Part shown: in pieces, positions 25,750 through 40,413 of the stretch
Layout: every line of letters begins with the position of its first letter
How positions within the stretch are numbered: the first letter of the stretch is position 1
Assembly (NCBI GenBank): GCA_965637545.1
Contig: OZ281494.1
Location: forward strand, 2,232,001 to 2,296,000
Length of the DNA stretch: 64,000 nucleotides
Direction of reading: 5' to 3'
Origin: Phallusia mammillata
Lineage: Eukaryota
The notes under the pieces: model-generated
What the model was told of the DNA's origin: nothing
Databases searched by the model: none
Seen by the model: the letters and a program-made list of their open reading frames with translations, nothing else
Made by a program: the position numbers and the translations under genes

Positions 25750-26447
25750 CAGGCCTGTCAAACTCGCGGCCCGCGGGCCGCATGCGGCCCACGAAGCCCT
25801 CCAATGCGGCCCATGAACAGTCAACAGCAATTGTAATATTTTGTCCGATTTTTATCTAATTATACTAAATTTTTCTTACTTTTCAAAGTGAAACCTATTA
25901 TTCAAACAGACATTTACCGAAATTGAATTTATAGATACAAATCCATATGTTATGAATAGAAACGATAGTAATTAAAACTCCTTTGCCAAACCTTTGATTT
26001 TCAAACTGCCCTAAACAGATTTTGTGTTACTGAAAAGAGTATTACCAGGCTAGCAGCCATATGCGTCTGACTTTTGTAGGCCTATTATGTGAAAACAATG
26101 CGAAAAACAGGTATGAAATGCGTCACAATAAAGATTATGACGTAATAAACAGTTAAAACTGATCTTCACACTGTGCAGTTCAATCTGTGCATCAAGTTGG
26201 AAATTAATCTGGGTTTTGGGGGGGTCAATGGTATATATATATGATATAAACCTTTTTCTTTACCAATTTCAAAAACAAAAACCAGCAGATAATTGGCGGC
26301 TGTTGGTGAAATAAGGATTTGCAATGCGGCCGTCGTAGCGAAAAGGTTGTTTAAGTGTATAAAACTAGATTAAAAATCACATGCGGCCCTCGGCATAATT
26401 TCCAAACTGCAATATGGCCCCCGAACCCCACGAGTTTGACACCCCTG
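25750..26447. mobile_element. hAT (Charlie-like) MITE (family 3)
   Basis: TIRs CAGGCCTGTCAAACTC / GAGTTTGACACCCCTG, perfect 8-bp TSD TTGTAGAA. Empty site (ttttagaa) at ~19435 in the type-A spacer. Confidence 0.9.
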
Positions 26448-26681
26448 TTGTAGAACATCCAAAAAGTAGGCTGTGTTGTTTTTCAGCACAAATATTTCGT
26501 GGTGATATTTCCAGATATGTATTGATTTTGAACAAACCAAACTTGTACAAATGTGTAGCAAGAACATCAGTTACAAGCGCATAGGGAAACAGAAAGGAAC
26601 TTGGTTGGTTTGGAACAAAATCGAAAAGGTATATTTCAAATATTGGTAACATTTGACATAATAAGAGAAAATCACAAAGAG

Positions 26682-29600
26682 TTACATGGCAACGATTTCA
26701 GCAGTATTTCGGCGAGCAGAAGCAGCACGAAATTTCTTACATTTATTCACTGCACTGTCAATCACAGTTGAATAAAGCAACGGGTTTAGTGCGCTGTTGA
26801 TTGGAAGCAAAACCGCAGCTACAAGCACATAAACGATATCTGACAACGGTACGCCACCCATCGACAAATAACTGAGGATGCAAATCGGAATCCAGCAACA
26901 GAAATCGGTAAGAAGCAATCTGGATATTCGCTTCTGCATTTTGGCACTGATATCGTTGTTTCTTTCTTCAGCCATGCGATTGCTGCGTCGATAAATAAGG
27001 ACATAAGCGGCAAACATGAAAATAAACATGACGAAATTCAATGTGATGATAAAAAGTGAGTATCCCAAAGCTGAATGGCTTTCTGAAGCAAAGAGTCTTG
27101 GCAAACACACGCTGGTTTTGGCGTAGTAACCAAACTCTCCTTTGATGGATTGCCCTGACATGTTAATATCGATGACTCGTTTAGCGTCATGCCATGATAG
27201 CACGGTGCTGTTGGTGGGTGACATGCGTTGTGCCAAAATCATTGCAGCTTCAAAAGAAACAAAATCACGTTTGTGAACGAAATTAGGAAACCAGATTGTT
27301 GTTACAAAGTAACCAGATGCAAAATCAACTGTAGGAATGATGGCAATGACCAAAGCAACACACCAAGTAAAGAAACAGGCCAACAAAATCCACATAGGTG
27401 TGAGTGACATTGTAAGGAATGGTTTGTACACAGACACGAGTCGATAGACTGATATCAATGCCATAGTTATAGCCGAAGTCTGAGATGAAATGACGCACAA
27501 TGCACCTAGAATGGAGCATTGTGTGCTCGATCGCCACTCAGAATCGAAATAACAATAATTCCCAGAGAATTGGACACTTTTAACTGCAACAGCAAATAGA
27601 TAAATTCCCATTAACACGTCGGAAACTGAGAGATTGATAATGAATATTTCAGTACACTTTTTTACACAATCGTCCGATTTCCAGTTTGAGTATGTCTTTT
27701 TACCAGTGGTTGCAGCTACAATGAAATTCCCAATCAATGCAAGGATACCCATAAACCATATAAACGCGTTCAAAATAGGGTTGGCAATCATTTCTTTCTG
27801 ATTGGAGAAAATAGTGTAACGAGAGCTGACAGGTGGGCATTCGTCACTGCCGTCTGAGCAGTCTTTGATTCCGTCTTCCTTTTCTGCAATGGGCACTGAG
27901 AGTGGATTCCCATTAAAACAATAAAATCTTTTGTTCTTACAGCGATCCTTTGCCTCATCCGATTTATCGTCACAGTCGTAGTTTCCATCGCAAACTTTCA
28001 TGACGTCAATGCTCATAAAGTTACCACTGCTACAAATATAACGTTTGGGACAAAGTGATTCGTTGTGGGAGCCACGCTGTAGTCCATCACACATCCAAAG
28101 ATCTGTGGCATCTGCCACGAATTGGCTGTCGTTGCAAAACGCCGGTGGATGTGGACAGTTAGGACACTCATCAGTGGAATTTAGACATTCAGGTCTTCCA
28201 TCGCATGCTACACCAAATGTATTCCTTTCGGTGCATAAAATCAAGTCAATTTGTTGATAGCAATATTTGATATTTCTCGAGTCAATGCATTTTACATTGC
28301 CGTTGCACAACACAGAATCTATTGGAAGGCAATCTGTTTGGTTGTAGCAGTGCATATAACCTGGTGGACAAGTTGACCGGGAATCGCCAAACACAGCTTT
28401 GCACACGCTCTGATTCTCGCATAAACATTCATCTGACAGGTCGTAGCAGTCAATCACGCCATCGCACACCTGATTCCTTGAGATAACTAGTCTCTTGTCC
28501 AAGCAAAGGAAACATCGAAATTCTCCGTTCACAAAACACAGATCAGATTTGTCAGCGCACTGGGCATCTTGGTCGTAAAGATTGATTTGAGGCAAGCTAC
28601 ATGGAAATGTTAACCAGTATCCAAGACATTTGAAACTCGGGTGTGCGTGGATGTGGTAATCAGCTGGATTTATGAATGGACAAAAAGCGTACAAAGCCAA
28701 ATTGATGTTTTTATTGTGATCCTGATAGTAAACCGGAGGTGTCGATGGTGGTGTATGCTCTCCTTCGCATTGAGGCTTGTTGCAAATCCAGTATTCATCA
28801 GTGCACATTTTATCCTTGTGCTCTTTACACGGTCTGTGATGCTGAATGCAATGTGCAGAATTGTTTACTTGGTACTTCAAAAATCTCTGCATTGCTGTTT
28901 TACTGGTGCAGTTTATTAAACTGTAATAACACGATAGCTCATAACTTTTAGAAAAATAGTCACAAGGTTCATCGCTATGGTCCATGCAGTTCGGAGTACC
29001 ATCGGCCACCGATGTGTTAGGTATGCATTTCCCGATGGTCGGACAAATCTGTTCTTCATAGATGCATCCGCACATAACTTGATCACCGCTACACGTGCAA
29101 TTGGTTTCGTCGCTGCCGTCTTTGCAGTCAAAATTTCCGTTGCACATCAAAGTTAATGGGATGCATTGTTTAGACTTGCACTCAAATTGATCTTCCCAGC
29201 AAGGACAGTTGACTTCATCGCTGTAATCTTTACAATCATCAATCCTATTGCAAACCTCCGAGCTTGGCAGACAGCCACGCAAACCAACACATGAGGAACT
29301 TTCGTAACATGCACATTGAAACTTATCAACTGGGCAAGTACAATTTACTTCGTCTGTTCCATCTAAACAGTCGAAGATGCCATCACATATTTGTGTCTTG
29401 TCATAACAACCTATCCCTTTCGTGCAATTACTGTCTCTTGGAAAACAGCCGCATTGGTATTGGTTTGCATTGCACTCCGCAGTCAAATTGTAGTCTTCGC
29501 AACCGCCAACTGACGCACATTGAGTCGCATTAAATGTAGTTGCCGTGTTGTTCGGTCTTGTTGCTGGGCAACCACACACAAACTCTCCCTTGTTGCACGT

Positions 29601-29953
29601 TTGCAGCGAATATCGACATTCTTCTGTAAAAAAAGCTGTCGCATTTAATATTTTTAGAACCACTGTATTTTTTTGAGGGAATCGTTATCTACCCTTATAA
29701 TAAGCGAACAAGTAAATTACAGTGCTGTAAAATTAAACTGCGTTTAAAATAATAATATTTTGCCTGGTTAAGTTGTATTCTCATGTTTTATGACTATGGT
29801 TGTTTACTCTATACTATTCACAACACTGTTTATTTTATTTTAGCATGTTAATCCAGGAAGAAACACGATTTGCTTACCAAAAGTGACAAGCCCGTACGAT
29901 GGTAAGCTGTTGATCAACAGAACGAAAGATAACAAAAGCACTCTCCTAACCAT
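26682..29953 (-). CDS. LDLa-repeat GPCR without LRRs, type C (1005 aa, 2 exons)
   Basis: Exon 1 29878-29953 and exon 2 26682-29623, phase-1 intron. 5' part is near-identical to type B; the rest is distinct. Confidence 0.93.
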
Positions 29954-32773
29954 ATTTACCCTGCTATATTATTTGTTAATCTAAACTCAAAAGAAGACAC
30001 GTATTTGCGACACAAGCAACGTATCAATCCGACGATAACAAAACGTTTTCAAAATTGTAGGCTATACTGTTTTTGAAAACAATTAAATCACTATTTGTTG
30101 TGTACAATAACTAAGCTGTTCATTTTTTGACCACCTTGTTACGTTTTTACTTCTGTCAGAATTTCACATGAAACAAATATTTCATTCAAGCCCTAAGATG
30201 TTACCCTCCTTTACAAACTGACCCGATCGTGAGCCACAACAATCTACTAAACGATCTAATGCTTGGCATGAGCAGGGGGAAGTCGCTGACCGTACGTTAT
30301 TGCCCACACATCAATCAAGAGTTACTCGATTCAGATTATCCAGGCGAAACCCGGAAGAATGCTTTATCCAATTTGCAACACATAGCAAGTAAAGTTGTTT
30401 ATTTGATAAAATCTCAGCCGATAGTAGCGTTTAATCTTTCTCGGGTTCATGGGTGCTCAGTTTGGTCCAGATCACGTAAAGTATTTCAGTTGTGCTGTTT
30501 CAAATTGAAAACCTTTTTTCTATCTTTAACAAATATGTCACTTTGGTGCAAATCCCTTCACATTTCATAGCAACCACGGTTTTTGCTCATAATAACAAAT
30601 TTGACGACTTCCTGTCCAATACGAGTGAAAAGTGCAGATGGGATATCACAAGCTTCCTGCCTATACCCTTGTTATACCCTTTTGACCAGATTTGGCCGCA
30701 TTGGTTAAGTAAAACTTGTTTATATGAGACCACCATTGATCAACCAAGTGACAAATAATGAGAAAAAAAAATTTCTGTTACTGAACAGTTTGCCGATACA
30801 ATAGGTGTCCAAAACAAATCTCTTTTTGTGAATCTCTTTTACTATCTTGCACAAATGAGTGACCACATAAATTATCGCTGTTTGAAATCGGCAACACAAG
30901 AAAATGCGTTAAATTGTTTGCTACAACCAAGACGAATCTGTACAAAGTTGAACAGCAGCAGACCTTGCAAGTGATACTGCCATGAAAAGTCCTTTTTAAC
31001 TATTGATTTCAAGTATCGTTCAAAATATAAGAGAAAGCCGTAGACATGTATCCGGTCTTCACATCAACAACTGATCGGCAATGATTATAATCATCTGTAA
31101 GCGAAGCCGGGTTTAGTACTTGCGGTTAAACTGGTGTATTAAGATTATATGACTTCCTTTTAAGAAGAGTATATGGCTGCATCAGTAATAGTTTAATATG
31201 CTTCCATTTAGTGACTGTGCTCCGGCCAAATCTCTTTTTGTCTACGTTTCAAATTTGGCACCAAAACGGGTCATGTTTCAACGTCGCTAAAGAACTCAGG
31301 CGCAACGTGTTGCAACTATTTGTTGCCGGGCTAGCGGGGTTCGAGCTTGTAACAAAACAGATAAACTAGCCTTGAAGTGTAATAAAAAATAAAAAAATTC
31401 CGGCAACTTAACTTCCTACATTTAAAACTGAATGAAGCAAAACTTTCCGCAATTCTGATAGCATTACAAATTGAAAATTATTTTTTACGTGTTTAAGCAT
31501 CATAATTATCAGTTGCAAGAACTAAACTGTACTTGGAATTTTTGGACATGAACAACCGCGGCAATAAAGGACCAGTTATCTTGCTGAAACGTAAACTTTC
31601 CTTCTTTGTGACAGATCCACTCTCATATAACCAACAACAGTGTCAACTTTCTATCTTTTTAAACTGACAAACTGTCGTAGAAGATGATTAGGAAATAAAA
31701 TACTTTTGGTACTGATTGGTAGCGGTAACATGCCAAATACCTGCGTTACTATGGCTTATTAGTAATAAGCCTTATTAGTAATAAGTAATAAGTAATAGGT
31801 TATTACACAACGAAAGCAAAGCCATTAAAAACAGTTTCAAGTAAGGTTATATCACGACCCGAAAACTAGATCAAATTCCGGGACTGTCAAACCAATTCGA
31901 TAACATTCGTCTCGCTCCTGCATCTACAACATAAATGATATTTGTAGTTCTTGGGGAGTCTAGAATTTGGCAAAAGGTTTGCTAGCTGGAATTGTTTCTA
32001 AAGGTTATAGCCGATTTACTCGGGCTTGAATAATCAAAAAAAAGTATTTTTGGACATAGTCTCTACTGGGCGGTGCCTTTATTTTAAGGACTAAATGCCG
32101 TAAGTTTGCTTAAGACATATGACACACATCTAAAATAAAATAAAAATAATTACATTTCAAGGCAATTTAAGCGTGTCCCTTCACATCCCTAAATCCCACC
32201 CAACAAGAAACAGAATGTCGCAGAGCATTTTTGCATTCCATAGCTATTTACCTGTTCTGCTTTTGCCAATGAACGCGCGAGGAAGGCAACAGATACTTGT
32301 AAAGCGTTGAGTCTGACTGATAGCGACATGGAATCACTACCTTTTCTTAAAGCAACATTTGAAACGTGGAGAAAAAGTTGTGGGATACGCCCAAACGTTG
32401 CATGCAAACATGGTATAAGCCACCACTTAGTTTGAAACTTTCAAGTTTCAAATTTAATTCTGCAATTTTGTTGTAGTGATTTATAGGAAAACAAGCAAGT
32501 TCTATTCGTATTCAAAATCTGGGATTAAATATTTTAATTAATTATGCAACAGTTTCGAGCAGATGCTAAACCCATTCAATTTTCCTTTGTTTGTTTTAAA
32601 CTGTACTTTCCTTCAAAATACGCCACTCCACGGTAATAAATTGAACTACAAACTTTCCACTTGTTTCAACGACAACGATTAAATATAAATTATAATGTTT
32701 AAATTCTAAGACTGGTTTCAAATTTCAATATTTGTTTGCTGTCAAACTATTTGTTAGTAACCGTCTTGTAGAA

Positions 32774-33432
32774 CAGGCCTGTCAAACTCGCGGCCCACGA
32801 ACAGTCAACAGCAATTGTAATATTTTGTCCGATTTTTATTTAATTATACTAAATTTGTCTTACTTTTCAAAGTGAAACCTATTATTCAAACAGACATTTA
32901 CCGAAATTGAATTTATAGATACAAATCCATATGTTATGAATAGAAACGATAGTAATTAAAACTCCTTTGCCAAAACTTTTGATTTTCAAACTGCCCTAAA
33001 CAGATTTTGTGTTACTGAAAAGAGTATTACCAGGCTAACAGCCATATGCGTCTGACTTTTGTAGGCCTATTGTGTGCAAACAATGCGAAAAACAGGTATG
33101 AAATGCGTCACAATAAAGATTATGACGTAATAAACAGTTAAAACTGATCTTCACACTGTGCAGTTCAATCTGTGCATCAAGTTGGAAATTAATCTGGGTT
33201 TTGGGGGGGTCAATGGTATATATATATGATATAAACCTTTTTCTTTACCAATTTCAAAAACAAAAACCAGCAGATAATTGGCGGCTGTTGGTGAAATAAG
33301 GATTTGCAATGCGGCCGTCGTTGCGAAAAGGTTGTTTAAGTGTATAAAACTAGATTAAAAATCACATGCGGCCCTCGGCATAATTTCCAAACTGCAATGT
33401 GGCCCCCGAACCCCACGAGTTTGACACCCCTG
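32774..33432. mobile_element. hAT MITE family 3, duplicated with the tandem unit
   Basis: Same TIRs and TTGTAGAA TSD as 25750-26447, with a small internal deletion near the left end. Confidence 0.9.
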
Positions 33433-33666
33433 TTGTAGAACATCCAAAAAGTAGGCTGTGTTGTTTTTCAGCACAAATATTTCGTGGTGATATTTCCAGA
33501 TATGTATTGATTTTGAACAAACCAAACTTGTACAAATGTGTAGCAAGAACATCAGTTACAAGCGCATAGGGAAACAGAAAGGAACTTGGTTGGTTTGGAA
33601 CAAAATCGAAAAGGTATATTTCAAATATTGGTAACATTTGACATAATAAGAGAAAATCACAAAGAG

Positions 33667-36600
33667 TTACATGGCAACGATTTCAGCAGTATTTCGGCGA
33701 GCAGAAGCAGCACGAAATTTCTTACATTTATTCACTGCACTGTCAATCACAGTTGAATAAAGCAACGGGTTTAGTGCGCTGTTGATTGGAAGCAAAACCG
33801 CAGCTACAAGCACATAAACGATATCTGACAACGGTACGCCACCCATCGACAAATAACTGAGGATGCAAATCGGAATCCAGCAACAGAAATCGGTCAGAAG
33901 CAATCTGGATATTCGCTTCTGCATTTTGGCACTGATATCGTTGTTTCTTTCTTCAGCCATGCGATTGCTGCGTCGATAAATAAGGACATAAGCGGCAAAC
34001 ATGAAAATAAACATGACGAAATTCAATGTGATGATAAAAAGTGAGTATCCCAAAGCTGAATGGCTTTCTGAAGCAAAGAGTCTTGGCAAACACACGCTGG
34101 TTTTGGCGTAGTAACCAAACTCTCCTTTGATGGATTGCCCTGACATGTTAATATCGATGACTCGTTTAGCGTCATGCCATGATAGCACGGTGCTGTTGGT
34201 AGGTGACATACGTTGTGCCAAAATCATTGCAGCTTCAAAAGAAACAAAATCACGTTTGTGAACGAAATTAGGAAACCAGATTGTTGTTACAAAGTAACCA
34301 GATGCAAAATCAATTGTAGGAATGATGGCAATGAACAAAGCAACACACCAAGTAACGAAACACGCCAAAATAATCCACTTAGGCCCAAGTGACATAGTGA
34401 GAAATGGTTTGTAGACAGATACAAGTCGATAAGCAGATATCAATGCCATAGTTATAGCCGAAGTCTGAGATGAAATGACGCACAATGCACCTAGAATGGA
34501 GCATTGTGTGCTCGATCGCCACTCAGAATCGAAATAACAATAATTCCCAGAGAATTGGACACTTTTAACTGCAACAGCAAATAGATAAATTCCCATTAAC
34601 ACGTCGGAAACTGAGAGATTGATAATGAATATTTCAGTACACTTTTTTACACAATCGTCCGATTTCCAGTTTGAGTATGTCTTTTTACCAGTGGTTGCAG
34701 CTACAATGAAATTCCCAATCAATGCAAGGATACCCATAAACCATATAAACGCGTTCAAAATAGGGTTGGCAATCATTTCTTTCTGATTGGAGAAAATAGT
34801 GTAACGAGAGCTGACAGGTGGGCATTCGTCACTGCTGTCTGAGCAGTCTTTGATTCCGTCTTCCTTTTCTGCAATGGGCACTGAGAGTGGATTCCCATTA
34901 AAACAATAAAATCTTTTGTTCTTACAGCGATCCTTTGCCTCATCCGATTTATCGTCACAGTCGTAGTTTCCATCGCAAACTTTCATGACGTCAATGCTCA
35001 TAAAGTTACCACTGCTACAAATATAACGTTTGGGACAAAGTGATTCGTTGTGGGAGCCACGCTGTAGTCCATCACACATCCAAAGATCTGTGGCATCTGC
35101 CACGAATTGGCTGTCGTTGCAAAACGCCGGTGGATGTGGACAGTTAGGACACTCATCAGTGGAATTTAGACATTCAGGTCTTCCATCGCATGCTACACCA
35201 AATGTATTCCTTTCGGTGCATAAAATCAAGTCAATTTGTTGATAGCAATATTTGATATTTCTCGAGTCAATGCATTTTACATTGCCGTTGCACAACACAG
35301 AATCTATTGGAAGGCAATCTGTTTGGTTGTAGCAGTGCATATAACCTGGTGGACAAGTTGACCGGGAATCGCCAAACACAGCTTTGCACACGCTCTGATT
35401 CTCGCATAAACATTCATCTGACAGGTCGTAGCAGTCAATCACGCCATCGCACACCTGATTCCTTGAGATAACTAGTCTCTTGTCCAAGCAAAGGAAACAT
35501 CGAAATTCTCCGTTCACAAAACACAGATCAGATTTGTCAGCGCACTGGGCATCTTGGTCGTAAAGATTGATTTGAGGCAAGCTACATGGAAATGTTAACC
35601 AGTATCCAAGACATTTGAAACTCGGGTGTGCGTGGATGTGGTAATCAGCTGGATTTATGAATGGACAAAAAGCGTACAAAGCCAAATTGATGTTTTTATT
35701 GTGATCCTGATAGTAAACCGGAGGTGTCGATGGTGGTGTATGCTCTCCTTCGCATTGAGGCTTGTTGCAAATCCAGTATTCATCAGTGCACATTTTATCC
35801 TTGTGCTCTTTACACGGTCTGTGATGCTGAATGCAATGTGCAGAATTGTTTACTTGGTACTTCAAAAATCTCTGCATTGCTGTTTTACTGGTGCAGTTTA
35901 TTAAACTGTAATAACACGATAGCTCATAACTTTTAGAAAAATAGTCACAAGGTTCATCGCTATGGTCCATGCAGTTCGGAGTACCATCGGCCACCGATGT
36001 GTTAGGTATGCATTTCCCGATGGTCGGACAAATCTGTTCTTCATAGATGCATCCGCACATAACTTGATCACCGCTACACGTGCAATTGGTTTCGTCGCTG
36101 CCGTCTTTGCAGTCAAAATTTCCGTTGCACATCAAAGTTAATGGGATGCATTGTTTAGACTTGCACTCAAATTGATCTTCCCAGCAAGGACAGTTGACTT
36201 CATCGCTGTAATCTTTACAATCATCAATCCTATTGCAAACCTCCGAGCTTGGCAGACAGCCACGCAAACCAACACATGAGGAACTTTCGTAACATGCACA
36301 TTGAAACTTATCAACTGGGCAAGTACAATTTACTTCGTCTGTTCCATCTAAACAGTCGAAGATGCCATCACATATTTGTGTCTTGTCATAACAACCTATC
36401 CCTTTCGTGCAATTACTGTCTCTTGGAAAACAGCCGCATTGGTATTGGTTTGCATTGCACTCCGCAGTCAAATTGTAGTCTTCGCATCCGCCAACTGGCG
36501 CACACTGAGTCGCATTAAATGTAGTTGCCGTGTTGTTCGGTCTTGTTGCTGGGCAACCACACACAAACTCTCCCTTGTTGCACGTTTGCAGCGAATATCG

Positions 36601-36936
36601 ACATTCTTCTGTAAAAAAGCTGTCGCATTTAATATTTTTAGAACCACTGTATTTTTTGAGGGAATCGTTATCTACCCTTATAATAAGCGAACAAGTAAAT
36701 TGCAGTGCTGTAAAATTAAACTGCGTTTAAAATAATAATATTTTGCCTGGTTAAGTTATATTCTCATGTTTTATTACTATGGTTGTTTACTCTATACTAT
36801 TCACAACACTGTTTATTTTATTTTAGCATGTTAATCCAGGAAGAAACACGATTTGCTTACCAAAAGTGACAAGCCCGTACGATGGTAAGCTGTTGATCAA
36901 CAGAACGGAAGATAACAAAAGCACTCTCCTAACCAT
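33667..36936 (-). CDS. LDLa-repeat GPCR without LRRs, type C' (1005 aa, 2 exons)
   Basis: Exon 1 36861-36936 and exon 2 33667-36608. Nearly identical to 26682-29953 except for a type-B tract over TM3-TM4. Confidence 0.93.
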
Positions 36937-38938
36937 ATTTACCCTGCTATATTATTTATTAATCTAAACTCAAAAGAAGACACGTATTGGCGACACAAGC
37001 AACGTATCAATCCGACGATAACAAAACGTTTTCAAAATTGTAGGCTATACTGTTTTTGAAAACAATTAAATCACTATTTGTTGTGTACAATAACTAAGCT
37101 GTTCATTTTTTGACCACCTTGTTACGTTTTTACTTCTGTCAGAATTTCACATAAAACAATTATTTCATTCAAGCCCTAAGATGTTACCCTCCTTTACAAA
37201 CTGACCCGATCGTGAGCCACAACAATCTACTAAACGATCTAATGCTTGGCATGAGCAGGGGGAAGTCGCTGACCGTACGTTATTGCCCACACATCAATCA
37301 AGAGTTACTCGATTCAGATTTTCCAGGCGAAACCCGGAAGAATGCTTTATCCAATTTGCAACACATAGCAAGTAAAGTTGTTTATTTGATAAAATACTGT
37401 CAACGAATTGATTTTTGTCGAAAAGCTCAGCCGATAGGAGCGTTTAATCTTTTCTCGTGTTCATGGGTGCTCAGTTTGGTCCAGATCACGTAAAGTATTT
37501 AAGTTGTGCTGTTTCAAATTGAAAAACTTTTTTCTATCTTTCACAAATATGTCACTTTGGTGCAAATCCCTTCACATTTCATAGCAACCACGGTTTTTGC
37601 TCATAATAACAAATTTGACGACTTCCTGTCCAATACGAGTGAAAAGTGCAGATGGGATATCACAAGCTTCCTGCCTATACCCTTGTTATACCCTTTTTGA
37701 CCAGATTTGGCCGCATTGGTTAAGTAAAACTTGTTTATATGAGACCACCATTGATCGGGCTAGCGGGGTTCGAGCTTGTAACAAAACAGATAAACTAGCC
37801 TTGAAGTGTAATAAAAAATAAAAAAATTCCGGCAACTTAACTTCCTACATTTAAAACTGAATGAAGCAAAACTTTCCGCAATTCTGATAGCATTACAAAT
37901 TGAAAATTATTTTTTACGTGTTTAAGCATGATAATTATCAGTTGCAAGAACTAAACTGTACTTGGAATTTTTGGACATGAACAACCGCGGCAATAAAGGA
38001 CCAGTTATCTTGCTGAAACGTAAACTTTCCTTCTTTGTGACAGATCCACTCTCATATAACCAACAACAGTGTCAACCTTCTATCTTTTTAAACTGACAAA
38101 CTGTCGTAGAAGATGATTAGGAAATAAAATACTTTTGGTACTGATTGGTAGCGGTAACATGCCAAATACCTGCGTTACTATGGCTTATTAGTAATAAGCC
38201 TTATTAGTAATAAGTAATAAGTAATAGGTTATTACACAACGAAAGCAAAGCCATTAAAAACAGTTTCAAGTAAGGTTATATCACGACCCGAAAACTAGAT
38301 CAAATTCCGGGACTGTCAAACCAATTCGATAACATTCGTCTCGCTCCTGCATCTACAACATAAATGATATTTGTAGTTCTTATGGAGTCTAGAATTTGGC
38401 AAAAGGTTTGCTAGCTGGAATTGTTTCTAAAGGTTATAGCCGATTTACTCGGGTTTGAATAATCAAAAAAAAGTATTTTTGAACATAGTCTCTACTGGGC
38501 GGTGCCTTTATTTTAAGGACTAAATGCCGTAAGTTTGCTTAAGAAATATGACACACGAATATACACGAGATCATCTAAAATAAAATAAAAATAATTACAT
38601 TTCAAGGCAATTTAAGCGTGTCCCTTCACATCCCTAAATCCCACCCAACAAGAAACAGAATGTCGCAGAGCATTTTTGCATTCCATAGCTATTTACCTGT
38701 TTTGCTTTTGCCCATGAACGCGCGAGGAAGGCAACAGATACTTGTAAAGCGTTGAGTCTGACTGATAGCGACATGGAATCACTACAAGTTTCAAATTTAA
38801 TTCTGCAATTTTGTTGTAGTGATTTATAGGAAAACAAGCAAGTTCTATTCGTATTCAAAATTCAAAAAAAAAATATTCAAAAAAAATGGTTGCCTTTTGT
38901 GTTCCTTAGTATATGCTTAAATCAAGATACAACACAAC

Positions 38939-39966
38939 CTACGCTTGGTCTGCACAGCCCATTTCTTTAGTTTTCCAATTTCTCCACCACATTAGGAACC
39001 ACACAACATTGCAGATCACAAACAAACAGGCCAGCAATATAGCTGCCACTGTTGAAGATGAGTCTGTTAAAAGCAAAACGTTCTGTTGTTAAACAAAATA
39101 ATCTAATTGTGAATGTTTGTTTTGATCATGTTTATCTTTAGTGGGTGGACAATGCCTGAATGTGTTATGCACACAATGAGTCAGCCATTGAGCTGCCTGC
39201 CTCATTAAAGAAGTTAAACCTAGGAAATGCTACTACTACCAAACCACATGACAGACATACATTAAGCTAATTTTTAATGGTTGGCACCAAGGGCATTTCA
39301 CCCATTTAAAAGACATATCTCCTAAAATGCCCACGGTTAGGACTATTAGGGTCAGAATTAGCATTCAAAATTTAATAAGACTAGAAATATAACTTAGTTT
39401 CTGATGTAAATGTTCCAAATACAGATATTATACCTACCCCTTTTCAGCTGCTAAATAAATAATTTAGCTCTTTGCGCCACCTTTCGAAAATTAGCCAAAT
39501 GTGCGTCTGGCAAATGTGGTATGCTGTTAGTAGCTCTACCACGAAACTAACGCCCGTGAACACAAGGCGGTTACAAAACCTACCTAGTGGTTAGGATAAA
39601 ACAAGGACACTGTAATCGTTTTCATAACTCTTCAAACGATTAATGCTATTGTTTGTTTTTTATCTGATAATAATGACTTATACTGTCCACAAAACTAGTT
39701 TGTTAAATCACCAAGTTCTTCATAAGGTCTTAAATCTAATCTATTTTGGCTGGTATGAGTTTATACAAGATACGTACCGTTGGCGGCACATTCAAAGAAT
39801 CCGTGGGAGATTGTAGCGTTACATTCAGAGCAGTTTAATTTAACCGTAGGAGTTTTAGTAGCTATGTAATGAGATTTGCAAGGGCTTGGCAGTTTGCAAC
39901 TTGAGTCCATTCGGAACGCGAAACAAGTGCAATGTTCAGTTTTGTTAACTGTGTTCGAAATCCATT
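38939..39966 (-). CDS. Partial gene for a small cysteine-rich single-pass membrane protein (5' exon not found)
   Basis: Phase 1-1 exon 39778-39966 (WISNTVNKTEHCTCFAFRMDSSCKLPSPCKSHYIATKTPTVKLNCSECNATISHGFFECAAN; ttcttatag / gtacgt) splices in frame to 38939-39063 (DSSSTVAAILLACLFVICNVVWFLMWWRNWKTKEMGCADQA*). Confidence 0.5.
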
Positions 39967-40413
39967 CTATAAGAAATTAATCCATTGTAAGTCCGGGTAT
40001 ACGTATAATGTTCCTGGTTGTTATTTGTGTTGGCAAATTACATTTTGTTTCAAACAAAAGTAGCAATGTTTACCACAAAATGTTGTTCTATTGAGTGACT
40101 TAATTCGTGTAAAGTTTGCAGCCTCATTTCGTTCTTTATATTGAACCTATCAAACGTCTTGTTTTTGGTGCTAGTAGCCTACATGCCTTTTTTTTGAAAA
40201 TTCTTTAATGTTTAAAAATCAAAGACAAACATACGCATTAAACACACACACAAACATAAATATACCACGCATATATTGCCAAGCTGACAGAAATAAAATG
40301 TTATTCGTTGCAACCAATCATTTGCGACATTAAGGACAATCATAGTGAATATTCGGTTGTATGAATATAGCCGTATTGCAATCGTCAGTGTTTATTGCAT
40401 TTGCAAGTGTTGT

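Larger units (their letters stand above)
12919..26173. repeat. Segmental duplication, copy 1 (A gene, spacer A, B gene, spacer B)
   Basis: Collinear and near-identical to 50760-64000 at an offset of ~37.84 kb, including both MITEs. Homology starts at cttagaaatgtattaatc. Confidence 0.92.
22030..38870. repeat. Tandem ~7-kb units (5' gene part plus type-B spacer plus type-C gene)
   Basis: The 5' coding part, intron, exon 1 and spacer repeat nearly identically at ~22030-26680, ~29045-33665 and ~36030-38870. Gene spacing 26682 to 33667 is 6985 bp. The last unit carries deletions and ends at ~38870. Confidence 0.88.
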
